Origin: Nitratidesulfovibrio vulgaris str. Hildenborough
Lineage (GTDB): Bacteria; Desulfobacterota; Desulfovibrionia; Desulfovibrionales; Desulfovibrionaceae
Reading direction: 5' to 3'
Assembly (NCBI RefSeq): GCF_000195755.1
Contig: NC_002937.3
Location: 1,230,001 to 1,262,000, forward strand
Length of the DNA: 32,000 nt
The number at the start of each line of letters is the position of its first letter. The first letter of the stretch is position 1. Under the pieces are notes generated by a model. It was not told the origin of the DNA. It searched no databases and saw only the letters and a list, made by a program, of their open reading frames with translations. The position numbers and the translations under genes are program-made. Of the stretch, positions 1 to 8,800 are shown piece after piece.

Positions 1-121
1 GCATGCTGCCGAGGTAGTCACAACGCGCGGCCAGAACAGCGACCGTAGCGACAAGCGCCGCGCACAGAAGCACGCCACGCAATGCCCATAGTTGGTGCAG
101 GATGAGCCTTACGCTAGTCAT
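1..121 (-). CDS. N-terminal 40 codons of a membrane-anchored protein, possibly a spanin-like lysis accessory protein (partial, runs off the window)
   Basis: The ATG at 121 overlaps the end of the transglycosylase gene by 8 nt. The translation MTSVRLILHQLWALRGVLLCAALVATVAVLAARC is a hydrophobic N-terminal anchor. The position after holin and endolysin fits a lysis cassette. Confidence 0.35.
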   Translation of the reverse strand, partial: MTSVRLILHQLWALRGVLLCAALVATVAVLAARCDYLGSM

Positions 122-782
122 GCCGACCCCCTTCACTGCATATGCCCCCGCCCCAGCCCGCCGCCATGTAGGCGGGTTCCAGCGTCAGCAGGATGCGCCG
201 GGGGTAGCCCCGGTTCTCGGTCAACGCCGCACGATTGCGTCCGGCGTTGACGGTCTCCACGTTGTCCCACCACCGCCGGGCATCCAGTCCGCGTGCGGCG
301 GCAAGCCGGGCATCGCGCTGCACCCAGCCGAGGCCGCCGTTGTAGGCGGCCAGCGTCATGGCCATGCGGTCGCAGGGCGTGACGGCCTGCACCCGCTGCC
401 ATAGCCAGCGGTCGTAGGTGACAAGGGCGCGGAGTGACCACGCGGGGTTGAACGGCAAGGGCTTGCCCGTGTCCGGGGCCACCTGCGGCAACCAGCGGGC
501 GGTTGCGGGCATGAACTGCGCCAGCCCCTGCGCGCCCACCGGCGACACGGCGTCGGCGTTCCACGTGCTCTCTTGGTGGATCTGCGCGGCGAAGGTGGCT
601 GTGGGTGCAGACATCCCCCATTGCACACGTGCTTCACGAATGAGTTGATAACGGTGCTGGAGGGCTTGCGCGGGGATGGATGGGGCGGCCTTGGTGACTG
701 ATGTCCACATGAGGGCCAGCACCAACAGCAGGCAACAACCCATGCAGGTGGGCAATGCGGGGTAAGAACGCACCTTCATCAC
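114..782 (-). CDS. Phage lytic transglycosylase (SLT domain) with N-terminal signal/anchor, candidate endolysin
   Basis: SLT catalytic motif QIHQESTWNADAVSPVGAQGLAQFMPATA. The hydrophobic N-terminus CMGCCLLLVLALMW suggests a secreted or SAR-type enzyme. An ATG at 779 (GTG at 782) overlaps the upstream stop. Confidence 0.85.
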   Translation of the reverse strand: MMKVRSYPALPTCMGCCLLLVLALMWTSVTKAAPSIPAQALQHRYQLIREARVQWGMSAPTATFAAQIHQESTWNADAVSPVGAQGLAQFMPATARWLPQVAPDTGKPLPFNPAWSLRALVTYDRWLWQRVQAVTPCDRMAMTLAAYNGGLGWVQRDARLAAARGLDARRWWDNVETVNAGRNRAALTENRGYPRRILLTLEPAYMAAGWGGGICSEGGRHD

Positions 783-1147
783 AGCCCCAGCCCCACGGCC
801 AGCATCGCCACTGCCATGACGGCGGCCCGGCGAAGGCTCGCGGCGATGAACAGGCGCTGGCAGTTCTCCACCACCGGGTAGTCCTCAACGCCGTCGCTGA
901 ACTCGTCCTCGTCCTTCCATTCGTACACGAGGTACGAATCCGGGCGTGCGTACGGAAAGGCCCAGCGGTCGAGCCAGTAGCCCCCTGTCCCCGCAAGGGA
1001 GAGGAGCGATCCTTTGTAGATGATGACGGGTAGCTGCTGCGGAGAGAAGAGGCCCACCAGCCCCAGCAGCAGGACAGAGAGGGCTAGGCACCAGCCCATG
1101 CGGGGCAGGCGGTGGAACAGGGAAGCAAGCGAGGGGAAGAAACGCAT
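779..1147 (-). CDS. Small two-TM membrane protein, holin candidate
   Basis: The ATG at 1147 is preceded by AAGGAGG, so I prefer it to the track start at 1174. TM segments lie at both ends (WCLALSVLLLGLVGLF, AAVMAVAMLAVGLGL). The stop overlaps the endolysin start. Confidence 0.5.
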   Translation of the reverse strand: MRFFPSLASLFHRLPRMGWCLALSVLLLGLVGLFSPQQLPVIIYKGSLLSLAGTGGYWLDRWAFPYARPDSYLVYEWKDEDEFSDGVEDYPVVENCQRLFIAASLRRAAVMAVAMLAVGLGL

Positions 1148-1220
1148 ATGATCCTCCTTTTTAGGGAGGATCATAGCGACATGGCAGGATGTTTCCTGAA
1201 TTGGTGGAAGCTGTGGAGGG

Positions 1221-1685
1221 TTATTCCTCCCAGTTCTCCATCATCGCCCGCACATCCTCGGAAGGGACGCGCACGGGGGCCTCTTTCAATCGGCGCAGTC
1301 TGCCCTCGGCTATCCAGTTGTATATCTGGCCGGGGCTGACGTTCAGGCAATAGGCCGCCTGATGCACGTTGAGCAGGCGCAGTCTTGTGACCATCTCCTG
1401 CGGAGTGAGCGTGAAGGGCCGCTCTTTGCTGACGGGGTAGCGCACGGGTAGCGGCGGCTGGAAGCCGTTGGGCCTGTTCAGGCTGCAACGCCTGCCACAA
1501 CCGAGGCAGAGGAACACGTCCGCCCGGTGGAACCAGTACGGGCCGCCGCTCTTCGGCGCATTGCGTCCGGGTATGGGCAGGCGGGGGCACTCCAGCGCGT
1601 CGTAGACACTGGCATCCACATCGCCACGGTAGGGCCGCCAGCCGCCCGCAACCAGCTTCACCACGTCATCAATCAGTGTCGCCAT
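1221..1685 (-). CDS. Phage DNA-binding protein with C-terminal excisionase/MerR-type HTH, candidate late-gene activator
   Basis: An internal ATG at 1685 has the RBS GAAGGAGG. The C-terminal LLNVHQAAYCLNVSPGQIYNWIAEGRL is HTH_17-like. The gene lies just upstream of the lysis genes. Confidence 0.55.
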   Translation of the reverse strand: MATLIDDVVKLVAGGWRPYRGDVDASVYDALECPRLPIPGRNAPKSGGPYWFHRADVFLCLGCGRRCSLNRPNGFQPPLPVRYPVSKERPFTLTPQEMVTRLRLLNVHQAAYCLNVSPGQIYNWIAEGRLRRLKEAPVRVPSEDVRAMMENWEE

Positions 1686-2034
1686 GGCAGCCTCCTTCTG
1701 TCTGCATAGGCAGCAGGTCGATGATTTCCTTGGCCTGTGCGGTGAACACGGGCAGGCAGGTTGCACAGAGCGAACTGTTGCGCACCATGCACCGAGCGCA
1801 GGCGTGTTTACGAAGAATCTGCATGATGCCCTCCACCGTGGGGACGGATGCTACGCGGCGCTGCAACGCCGAGCGAATCCGGTTGGCCTGCCGGGTCATG
1901 TCCCCGGCATAGCGGCCTGAAAGAACCTGATAGACCGTGCCGCGTGGCAGCCCGGTCGCCTTGCAGAACCGGTGCGCCGACCCGTAACGTCGCCTGATCT
2001 CATCCGCCAGCGCCGCCCGCTCTCCATCCGTCAT
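1669..2034 (-). CDS. Phage hypothetical protein with HTH-like segment and C-terminal Cys cluster
   Basis: The ATG at 2034 forms an ATGA overlap with the upstream stop. Motifs: FCKATGLPRGTVYQVLSG and CARCMVRNSSLCATC. Confidence 0.5.
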   Translation of the reverse strand: MTDGERAALADEIRRRYGSAHRFCKATGLPRGTVYQVLSGRYAGDMTRQANRIRSALQRRVASVPTVEGIMQILRKHACARCMVRNSSLCATCLPVFTAQAKEIIDLLPMQTEGGCHGDTD

Positions 2035-2507
2035 GCTTGGCCCTTGCGCCGTTGCGCGTGCAGGCGGGTTTCGAGGTCGGCAAGCAGGGTGCGCAGATGG
2101 CGCTCGTCTTCGAGCCAGCGAAAGGCATCCACTCCGAACGAACGGCGGACACGGGTGTCGAGGCTGGTCATGTCGTACCCGAGTTCGCGCCACATCGCGG
2201 CGATCTTGCGCTTCAGCGCGGCCAGTGGCCCTTCGGGGATCTCGTACCAGTCCGAACGCCGCCCGGCGGCCTTGCGCCGGAAGGGCTTGCCTTCACGGGG
2301 AGCATCCTTGGCCGTGAACGAGGCTCCCAGCGTGGCGAGATGGTCACACAACAGGGCCAGTTCATGGTCGTTGAGTTCCTTGCGCGACTCGCGACCGAAG
2401 AGGTTGCGGAGCATGGCGCGGAACGTCTCGTCATCGAGGCCGAGTTGCTTCACGGCGATGGCCGTCTTGGCCAGCATGGCCCTGCGCTGTGCGGGATGCG
2501 TTCTCAT
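2031..2507 (-). CDS. Mu GemA/gp16-like protein (DUF1018 family)
   Basis: RRAMLAKTAIAVKQLGLDDETFRAMLRNLFGRESRKELNDHEL matches the remembered gp16/GemA N-terminal pattern. The ATG at 2507 forms an ATGA overlap with the upstream gene. Confidence 0.7.
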   Translation of the reverse strand: MRTHPAQRRAMLAKTAIAVKQLGLDDETFRAMLRNLFGRESRKELNDHELALLCDHLATLGASFTAKDAPREGKPFRRKAAGRRSDWYEIPEGPLAALKRKIAAMWRELGYDMTSLDTRVRRSFGVDAFRWLEDERHLRTLLADLETRLHAQRRKGQA

Positions 2508-2962
2508 CTTGCATGACTCGCTTGATGTTTCAGGATGCACGCCTCGGCGGGCACCATGACGACGCCTCGCCCGTACAGATGCACGCCCACGTACCACCGT
2601 CCGTCACGCCCCTGCATCGGTGCTTCCGTGACCACATGGGTCACCTCGTGCGGGGATTCCTCGCCGCCAGTGGGCGCGGAGACGCGCACTCCACGCCCGA
2701 GGGCCTCCGGGCGGTCTGGCGTCCGGGCCGCCGTATCTAGATCGCCACCGAAGAGATGCTGCGCCACCACGGCGGCGATCTCATCGGTACTGAAGAAACG
2801 CTTGGCCCCGTGTGTGCCGTCCATCCACTTGCGCCCCACGCGGATGCGGTAGAAGCCTTCCGGCCCCTCCCACTCGCTGGCGGGGAAGAACTCAAGGGTG
2901 CGGCCTGTGTTTGCGCTGTTTCTGACGCAAAGTGACGCCACTTTTTTACGATGTTCGGCCAT
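2504..2962 (-). CDS. Phage hypothetical protein
   Basis: 152-aa ORF in the operon frame with an AAGGTAAGGA RBS upstream of the ATG. Its stop overlaps the next start. Confidence 0.55.
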   Translation of the reverse strand: MAEHRKKVASLCVRNSANTGRTLEFFPASEWEGPEGFYRIRVGRKWMDGTHGAKRFFSTDEIAAVVAQHLFGGDLDTAARTPDRPEALGRGVRVSAPTGGEESPHEVTHVVTEAPMQGRDGRWYVGVHLYGRGVVMVPAEACILKHQASHAR

Positions 2963-3043
2963 GTCCTTACCTTTGGCTTTCGGCTGCTCGTCAGGCCGGA
3001 GCCGCCACGCTCCGACGACCGCCCCGCACCGGGGGCGGTTTCG

Positions 3044-3331
3044 CTATCCAAGGGCTTCGCGCAGGTCTTTTCCCGCCTTGAACGTCACCACCCGCCGGGC
3101 AGGGATGGCGATGGACTCGCCCGTGCGCGGGTTGCGCCCGGCGCGCGCGGCACGCTCGACCGATCGCAGCTTGCCCAGCACAGGCAGGGGCACGTCGCCC
3201 CCTTCGAGCAGTTCCGCAGCCGCCACGTCCCCAAAGACATCCAGAGTGCGCTCGACATCACGGCGCGTGATCTTGCAGCCCGTCCGTTCCAGCGTGTTCT
3301 GCACCGCCGACACGAGTTCCTTCCTGTTCAT
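3044..3331 (-). CDS. HU/IHF-family DNA-binding protein (phage-encoded)
   Basis: MNRKELVSAV...GRNPRTGESIAIPARRVVTFKAGKDLREAL is the canonical HU beta-arm signature. The ATG at 3331 has the RBS AAAGGAGGAG. The track ORF start at 3520 is an artefactual extension. Confidence 0.9.
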   Translation of the reverse strand: MNRKELVSAVQNTLERTGCKITRRDVERTLDVFGDVAAAELLEGGDVPLPVLGKLRSVERAARAGRNPRTGESIAIPARRVVTFKAGKDLREALG

Positions 3332-3344
3332 GGTCTCCTCCTTT

Positions 3345-3584
3345 TCAATTGAGGCGCAACACGCGCCGCACCTTTGCCTTGCAATGTCCCGCTGCCACCA
3401 GCACCTTGCCCGCCTCTTCACGGATGGCGTGGTCGATGCCCATGCGGGCCTCCACATGCTGTTCCCTGTAGGACTTGAGCCTCGACAACTCCGGCAGCCG
3501 TTCCGGTTGCAGGGTGCCATCCTTCAAGACCCGTTCGGCGTAGAGCCGCCCGAAGCGCGTGATGTCGATGCCATAGCGTTTCAT
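3345..3584 (-). CDS. Phage hypothetical protein
   Basis: 79-aa ORF with a GGAAGGAG RBS, packed tightly between gam and the HU gene. Confidence 0.5.
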   Translation of the reverse strand: MKRYGIDITRFGRLYAERVLKDGTLQPERLPELSRLKSYREQHVEARMGIDHAIREEAGKVLVAAGHCKAKVRRVLRLN

Positions 3585-3601
3585 GCTGACTCCTTCCGCC
3601 T

Positions 3602-4114
3602 TCAGGCAGCGGTATCCGCCACTTCTTCACGATTGATTTCGATGTAGAACGCATCCGTGGTGCGGCGCTTGAGACCCACCATTTCCAGCCGTTCGTCGGG
3701 CCATCCCTGCATGGCCTCCTTGTTCACGTCCTCCTTGATGCGGATGCCTTCGCTGATGCCGAACTGGCGCAGGCGCTCCAGCGTCATGTCCTTGGTGATC
3801 TTGCTCATCTGCACGATCTGCGTGGAGAGCCGGAAGCCTATGGTGCCGAAGCCAAGGTCGAGGCTCTTGCGGTCTTTGAACATCTCCGTCTTGTTCAGGG
3901 TGGCGAAGGTGGCCACGCCGTCTTCCAGTTCCTTGCGGCGGGCGAGGAGCGGCGCACTCTTCTGGCTGGCACGGGCCTTGGCGGCATCGATGGCCTCGTT
4001 CATCTGCGCCTCGATCTCACCCACCTTGCGGTCGATGGTGGCGATCTCGGCCAGTGCCCCCTCGGCCTGCCGGATGTCCGCCACGATGACGGGGTTGGGC
4101 TTGCGTCTGCTCAT
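3602..4114 (-). CDS. gam: Mu Gam-like host-nuclease inhibitor
   Basis: The length, coiled-coil N-terminus and position after the A/B genes match the remembered Gam family. The ATG at 4114 has a GAAGGAGG RBS 7 nt upstream. Confidence 0.8.
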   Translation of the reverse strand: MSRRKPNPVIVADIRQAEGALAEIATIDRKVGEIEAQMNEAIDAAKARASQKSAPLLARRKELEDGVATFATLNKTEMFKDRKSLDLGFGTIGFRLSTQIVQMSKITKDMTLERLRQFGISEGIRIKEDVNKEAMQGWPDERLEMVGLKRRTTDAFYIEINREEVADTAA

Positions 4115-4115
4115 G

Positions 4116-4310
4116 CTAGATGCCTCCTTCATGCTTCGCGCCCGGCGCGGGCACGGTCAGTTCACGTTCAAGGGTCTCGGCCTGCCCGGCTGCGTCGTCC
4201 AGTTCGTTCTGTACGCAGCGGATGAGGCCCCAGCTTTCCTCGCTGACCTGTCCGGCCAGCACGCCCAGCGCGAGGCGGGCGTCCCTGATCTTGGCGGCGA
4301 CCATGTTCAT
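4116..4310 (-). CDS. Small phage hypothetical protein (64 aa)
   Basis: The ATG at 4310 forms an ATGA overlap with the upstream stop. The longer track ORF (to 4496) overlaps the upstream gene. Confidence 0.4.
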   Translation of the reverse strand: MNMVAAKIRDARLALGVLAGQVSEESWGLIRCVQNELDDAAGQAETLERELTVPAPGAKHEGGI

Positions 4311-4939
4311 GCCTCCGTGATTTGCGGGGTGTCGGCCCCTGTGGTGCAGAAACGTGCGGTGAGCACCGCAAGCTGTTCTTGGATCCTGTTCCGGGTACGG
4401 GGTTTGTCCGGGTCTTCCAGCAGCAGGATACGGCACAGTTGGGCCGTGGCCTTGCGCTCGTCCTCGTAAGGGTCGGGGATATCGACAGGGGGCCACGGGG
4501 TCTGGCGATGGTCACGCCCTTTGGCGGTCGTGCGCCACAGGTTGGCATTGCCTTCCTGCCCGCTCTTGGCGATGTACCCTTCGCTTTCGAGCCAGCGGGT
4601 GTAGCGTCCCACGGCAGTGGCATCCACACGAGCGATCAACGCGATGTCTTGACGCTTCCAGCCCACGCTCTGGATGCGGATAGCCCGCCACATGCGCACG
4701 TAGCTTTCCCCCCGGCGCGATGGCTCCTTGCCGGGGATGAAGAGCCACACCCCACGGCCCACCTTCTCTGTCTCGCCGCGCGTGGCGAGGATGAGCAGCC
4801 TGCGCCGCAGCAACTGCTTCTGGCTCTCCGTCGTCAGGCCAAGGGCTTCCGCCAACTGGGGCACGGTCACCGTTTCCTTGCCCGTGGGGCAGAACGCACG
4901 CAGGGCGGCGCGCAGGGCGTCCATGGCATCGCTACGCAT
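4307..4939 (-). CDS. Phage hypothetical protein with winged-helix-like segments
   Basis: The ATG at 4939 has the RBS GGAGGGGG and overlaps the MuB-like stop by 8 nt. It occupies the semi-essential early-region position downstream of B. Confidence 0.55.
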   Translation of the reverse strand: MRSDAMDALRAALRAFCPTGKETVTVPQLAEALGLTTESQKQLLRRRLLILATRGETEKVGRGVWLFIPGKEPSRRGESYVRMWRAIRIQSVGWKRQDIALIARVDATAVGRYTRWLESEGYIAKSGQEGNANLWRTTAKGRDHRQTPWPPVDIPDPYEDERKATAQLCRILLLEDPDKPRTRNRIQEQLAVLTARFCTTGADTPQITEA

Positions 4940-5669
4940 GCTGCCCCCTCCGGGGTGCCCTCGAAGCCGAAGAACGGGCTGCGGGCATGGCGGCCCGCAC
5001 CAGTGCCTCGTCCACCTCCGTGGTGTCATGCGCCCGTGCTGCCGACTCCACCGAGAGCATCAGGTTGTGGATGCGGCGGAAGTTGCCCTTGGCCTGCTTG
5101 TGGATGAGGCCCGCCGCGCCGGGGGTGAGCACGATCTCCGCCGCCTCAAGGGCGAAGAGGCTCACGTCGCGCGGCGTGATGCCGGAGAACGGCACCCGGT
5201 ATTCTTCGGGGATGCGGTCGTCGATGCGGGTGCGCTCTGCCAGCTTGCCCGGCAGGTGCTGCTCACCGATGAGCACCACAGGGCACCCGGTGATGTCGTG
5301 GATGTCGCGCAGGTCTTCGAGCCTGCGCAGGTCGAGCCTGTCGGCCTCGTCCACGTAGACGGTGGCGGGTTCCTCTTCGAGCGCTCGCAGGATGTCGGCC
5401 CGGCAGCGGTGCGACCCGTGCGGGCGCGTTCCCTTCACCTCCCAGCACAACTCCTGCAGGAATGCGTGCTGGCTCATACCTTCCATGGCGCGCAGGAAGA
5501 CCCCGCCCCGCTGGGCATACAGGCTGTGCGCCGCGATGGTCTTGCCAGCGCCTGCCTCACCCCACACGGCCACCATGCCGGGCCGCCCGCGTTCCGTGTC
5601 CTCGGCCTGCTTCACGGCAGCGCGCAGGCGCGTCACGTTGTCCGTTTCGATCAGGATGCCTTTTTTCAT
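4932..5669 (-). CDS. MuB-like transposition AAA+ ATPase
   Basis: Walker A GEAGAGKT and Walker B VYVDEADR. It lies immediately downstream of the transposase and is translationally coupled to it by an ATGA overlap. Confidence 0.85.
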   Translation of the reverse strand: MKKGILIETDNVTRLRAAVKQAEDTERGRPGMVAVWGEAGAGKTIAAHSLYAQRGGVFLRAMEGMSQHAFLQELCWEVKGTRPHGSHRCRADILRALEEEPATVYVDEADRLDLRRLEDLRDIHDITGCPVVLIGEQHLPGKLAERTRIDDRIPEEYRVPFSGITPRDVSLFALEAAEIVLTPGAAGLIHKQAKGNFRRIHNLMLSVESAARAHDTTEVDEALVRAAMPAARSSASRAPRRGQHA

Positions 5670-7828
5670 GCGTGTGCCTCCTCCATGGCCGCCAAGCGAG
5701 CGTTCAGGCGGCGTTGCTGTTCGTAGCGCGGCAGGGCCACTTCAAGGTATTCGGGCGTCTGCTCGTAATCTCTCTTGAAAGCCGCGTCTGCCGGTGTCAG
5801 GGGCAGGCCCTGCACCTCGGAAACCTGAAAAAGGTACTCGTAGCGTTCGAGCGCGGAGCCGAAGAACGTGGGCGCGTCGTAGGCGGGCCGGGCCGCCATG
5901 GCGGCCTTGTGCTCTGCCAGCATGGCCTCGTGCGCGTGGCGCTCCTCGTCGGTGATGACGGGCGCGGGGCATGACTCCGGCAAGGCTTCAGGGGCACGGG
6001 CAGAGACGGTCAGACGCTCCATGCGCTGGCGGGTCTCGGGTTTGACCACCGTCTCGAGCAGCGCGCGGGCCGTGCCGCCCGCCAGATGCTCCTGCTCGCG
6101 CCGGATGGTGAGCGCGTCCGCAAGGGCCTGCTGGTCGCTCTCGTCGCCGAGGTAGTAGGCGGCGGGGTGCAGCGTCTGCATCTCCTTGGCCTCGGCGATG
6201 AAACGCCCGTCCGTGGCGTAGACGAGTACGCTCTGCGGGCGCTGCGCGTCGTAGCGGATGATGGCCGGGTGCTTCTTGCCGTAGAGTTCGGGGGCGAAGT
6301 AGCGACGCCCCATGAGGCGCACCGTGCCGCCCCGGTCGATCTCGCGCACCTCGCGTTCCAGCATCCACATGTTCAGGCGGGTCATCTCCTCGCCGTCGAG
6401 GCCGGGGCCGCGTCCTGCGGCGAAGACCTCCTGCGGTGTCCGGCCCTTGAGGTGCCCTCGGGCAGGTCGACGTACATAGGTGTCGAAGAAGTGGGCGATG
6501 GCCGCATGCGTCTCTTCCAGCGTCAACGGGCGTCCGCCCATGGCTGCGTAGAGCTTGCGGTGCGTCACTTCGCCCCGGTGCATCCGGGCGGGCTTGGTGT
6601 CGATGCTGCGGCCCGTGTACGAGGGCACCCAGTTCTCAAGCTCGTGGAACGTGCCGAAGAACCGTTCGATGGGCTTCGACTGACCGTGGTAGGCCCATGC
6701 GTGGATGACCTGAATGCCGAGGTCTTCGTACAGGCCCACGATCCCGGCCTGCCGGAAGTCGGCGCAGCCCTTGAAATGCTTGGCCCGGAACGCCTTGCCG
6801 TTGTCGAGGTAGGCGATGCGCGGAATCTTGCCGAGGCGCAGGCATGCCCGGCGGAGGGCCGAACTGATGCAGGCCGTGTTCTCGGTGGGCATGACCTCCC
6901 AGCCCAGCGGGTAGCTGCTGGCCCCGTCGAACCAGAGCAGCAGTGTCATGCGGCAGGGCTTCCCCGTTTCGGGATGGACGGACTCGAAGTTCAGCACGTG
7001 TCCGTCCGCGATGAGGATGTCGCCCACCTCCACCAGCCCCCAGTTGCGCTCGAAGTAGATGGCTGCCTTGTCGTTCCACGCCTTCTTGCCTTCGCGGATG
7101 AACGTCCACTCGGCGTAGCATTCCTGCATGTACTGCCCCACGAAACGGCGAATGGTCGCCGGGGCGGGGATGTGCAGCCCTTCGGCCCGGCAGCGGGCCA
7201 CGGCTTCGTTGCACACGTAGCTGATGGCGGGATTGTTGATGTTGAGGGCCAGCCCGAGGATGATCTGGCGATGCCTCTCCGTAAGCAGCGACCGCCCCCT
7301 GTGGGCGATGCCCCGCTTGTCGGCGATGGCCAGCACGTCACCCGCGCGGCGCTGCTGCACCTTCCAGCGCTCCAGCGTCTTCCAGCTGGTCGGGCCGATC
7401 TGTTGCAGCAGTTCAGGCCATGCCCCGCCTTCGTAGGCGGCCATGAAGTCGGCCCGGCTCCTCGCGGAGGTGCCATGCCTACGCAGCCAGTGCGTGTATT
7501 CGCGGACGAGGTCGGCGCGGGCCAGAGCCTTCTGGCGGCGCTTGGGGTCGATGGCGACCACGCTGGCGACATCGTGGGCCGTGACGGCTGGTGATGCGGC
7601 GGCGGGCGTGGCGATGGCGTTCCGCACTTCGGCGGCCTGTATCGCCAGCACTGTGTCTTCGGGCATCGAACTCACCAGCCACTCATTACCGCCGCCACGG
7701 CCCGGACGCTTACGCGACGTCCAGCCCTCGCGCTTGGCGCGCCACTCCATGCCCTGTCTGCTCAAGGACAAGAGTTCTGCCAATTCGCGAGTCGTGTATG
7801 CGTCTTTGTTCGTCTTCATTGCGTCCAC
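5666..7828 (-). CDS. MuA-type DDE transposase
   Basis: 720 aa with an N-terminal Mu-type HTH (YTTRELAELLSLSRQGMEWRAKREGW) and a central integrase-core region (ADGHVLNF...WFDGASSYPLGWEV...AYLDNGKAFRAKHF). The start is either GTG 7828 or ATG 7819. Confidence 0.9.
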   Translation of the reverse strand: MDAMKTNKDAYTTRELAELLSLSRQGMEWRAKREGWTSRKRPGRGGGNEWLVSSMPEDTVLAIQAAEVRNAIATPAAASPAVTAHDVASVVAIDPKRRQKALARADLVREYTHWLRRHGTSARSRADFMAAYEGGAWPELLQQIGPTSWKTLERWKVQQRRAGDVLAIADKRGIAHRGRSLLTERHRQIILGLALNINNPAISYVCNEAVARCRAEGLHIPAPATIRRFVGQYMQECYAEWTFIREGKKAWNDKAAIYFERNWGLVEVGDILIADGHVLNFESVHPETGKPCRMTLLLWFDGASSYPLGWEVMPTENTACISSALRRACLRLGKIPRIAYLDNGKAFRAKHFKGCADFRQAGIVGLYEDLGIQVIHAWAYHGQSKPIERFFGTFHELENWVPSYTGRSIDTKPARMHRGEVTHRKLYAAMGGRPLTLEETHAAIAHFFDTYVRRPARGHLKGRTPQEVFAAGRGPGLDGEEMTRLNMWMLEREVREIDRGGTVRLMGRRYFAPELYGKKHPAIIRYDAQRPQSVLVYATDGRFIAEAKEMQTLHPAAYYLGDESDQQALADALTIRREQEHLAGGTARALLETVVKPETRQRMERLTVSARAPEALPESCPAPVITDEERHAHEAMLAEHKAAMAARPAYDAPTFFGSALERYEYLFQVSEVQGLPLTPADAAFKRDYEQTPEYLEVALPRYEQQRRLNARLAAMEEAHA

Positions 7829-8042
7829 CGTTGCGGGTTGCCTGCTGTGGTTAAATGGTGCCCGGCTTGTGCCGCGCCGGGCTGCGTCCCGCGTGACTTG
7901 CGGTATTCGCCGTTACATCTCTCCGAGCCGGAAACTCCCTACGGCTCGTCCTACACGGTCGCGGTAGCGGGCCATCTGGCGCTCAAACACACATGCGTGC
8001 GGGCGCTCTGTGGCTCTAGGTGAAAAACTGCGGGAGCATCCT

Positions 8043-8534
8043 CTAGTAAGGCTCATTGAAAACCGGGCCGAACAAAGTGCCTCCGGCGTCGACGATGGCT
8101 TGCATCAACAGCCAGTAGTGGAAGGGGACTTTCTGCTCCTCGAGGAGGTCTGCCACGGCGAAGAATCTGTTCTTGAGAATGGGGTCGGCGTGCAGAGTCT
8201 GGAGCATCAAGTGGGTGCGAGGGCCTAGCCAAGGGTAAGGGTCAGCTTTGTGCTCGGCACGGTTCTCGGTGTTCTCCGACGGAGCCGTTTCAGTGCGTGA
8301 AGCACGCTGCCACCGGCTGTGGATGGCATCCGCATCGCAAACATGCGAGGCGATTGGGCGCACTTCGACAGTCGCCACATAACCACTGGGTAGCCAGAGC
8401 CTGCTTGCGACGGTGCCAAGCACGAGGGTAGCGTCAGCCTCATTCAGCATATTGTTCGCCAACGCCTGCATCACATCGCATTCCCCTTTTTGCAGGCGTT
8501 CCAGCAGATCGTTCGGGGTGTTCTTGGTCATCAC
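8043..8534 (-). CDS. Hypothetical protein inserted between the ner-like gene and the transposase gene (moron candidate)
   Basis: 163-aa ORF coupled to the Ner-like stop (ATG 8531 / GTG 8534). Its GC content looks lower than the neighbouring phage genes. I recognised no motif. Confidence 0.5.
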   Translation of the reverse strand: MMTKNTPNDLLERLQKGECDVMQALANNMLNEADATLVLGTVASRLWLPSGYVATVEVRPIASHVCDADAIHSRWQRASRTETAPSENTENRAEHKADPYPWLGPRTHLMLQTLHADPILKNRFFAVADLLEEQKVPFHYWLLMQAIVDAGGTLFGPVFNEPY

Positions 8535-8800
8535 GCCACCTTCCCTTCCGTGACTTCTTCAAACTTCGCAGGATCGCAGAGGTACTTTTCCGGGACACCG
8601 ATTTCCCGCAGAGCCTGAAGCACTCGCGGACTGTGCGTCATGCCGCTGATGGTCTTCGACACGGCCTGATTGCAGACGCCTATCTGCGCCGCCAGCGAAG
8701 TCATGGTCAGCCCGCGCCGTTCAAGCTCCTCGCGAATGCGGAAGCGCATCTTGGCCCGCGCGGCACCGCACTGCCGTCTGCGTGTCGTCATCACGTTCAT
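8531..8800 (-). CDS. Ner-like HTH DNA-binding protein
   Basis: LTMTSLAAQIGVCNQAVSKTISGMTHSPRVLQALREIG resembles the Ner/Nlp family. It lies in the early operon upstream of the transposase, as in Mu. Confidence 0.7.
   Translation of the reverse strand: MNVMTTRRRQCGAARAKMRFRIREELERRGLTMTSLAAQIGVCNQAVSKTISGMTHSPRVLQALREIGVPEKYLCDPAKFEEVTEGKVA

Noticed and set aside
6086-7594. 502-aa plus-strand ORF
   Set aside because: It lies entirely antisense to the MuA-type transposase gene. Its composition is Gly/Ala/Arg/Val-rich with no motif. This is a typical shadow ORF in high-GC DNA.
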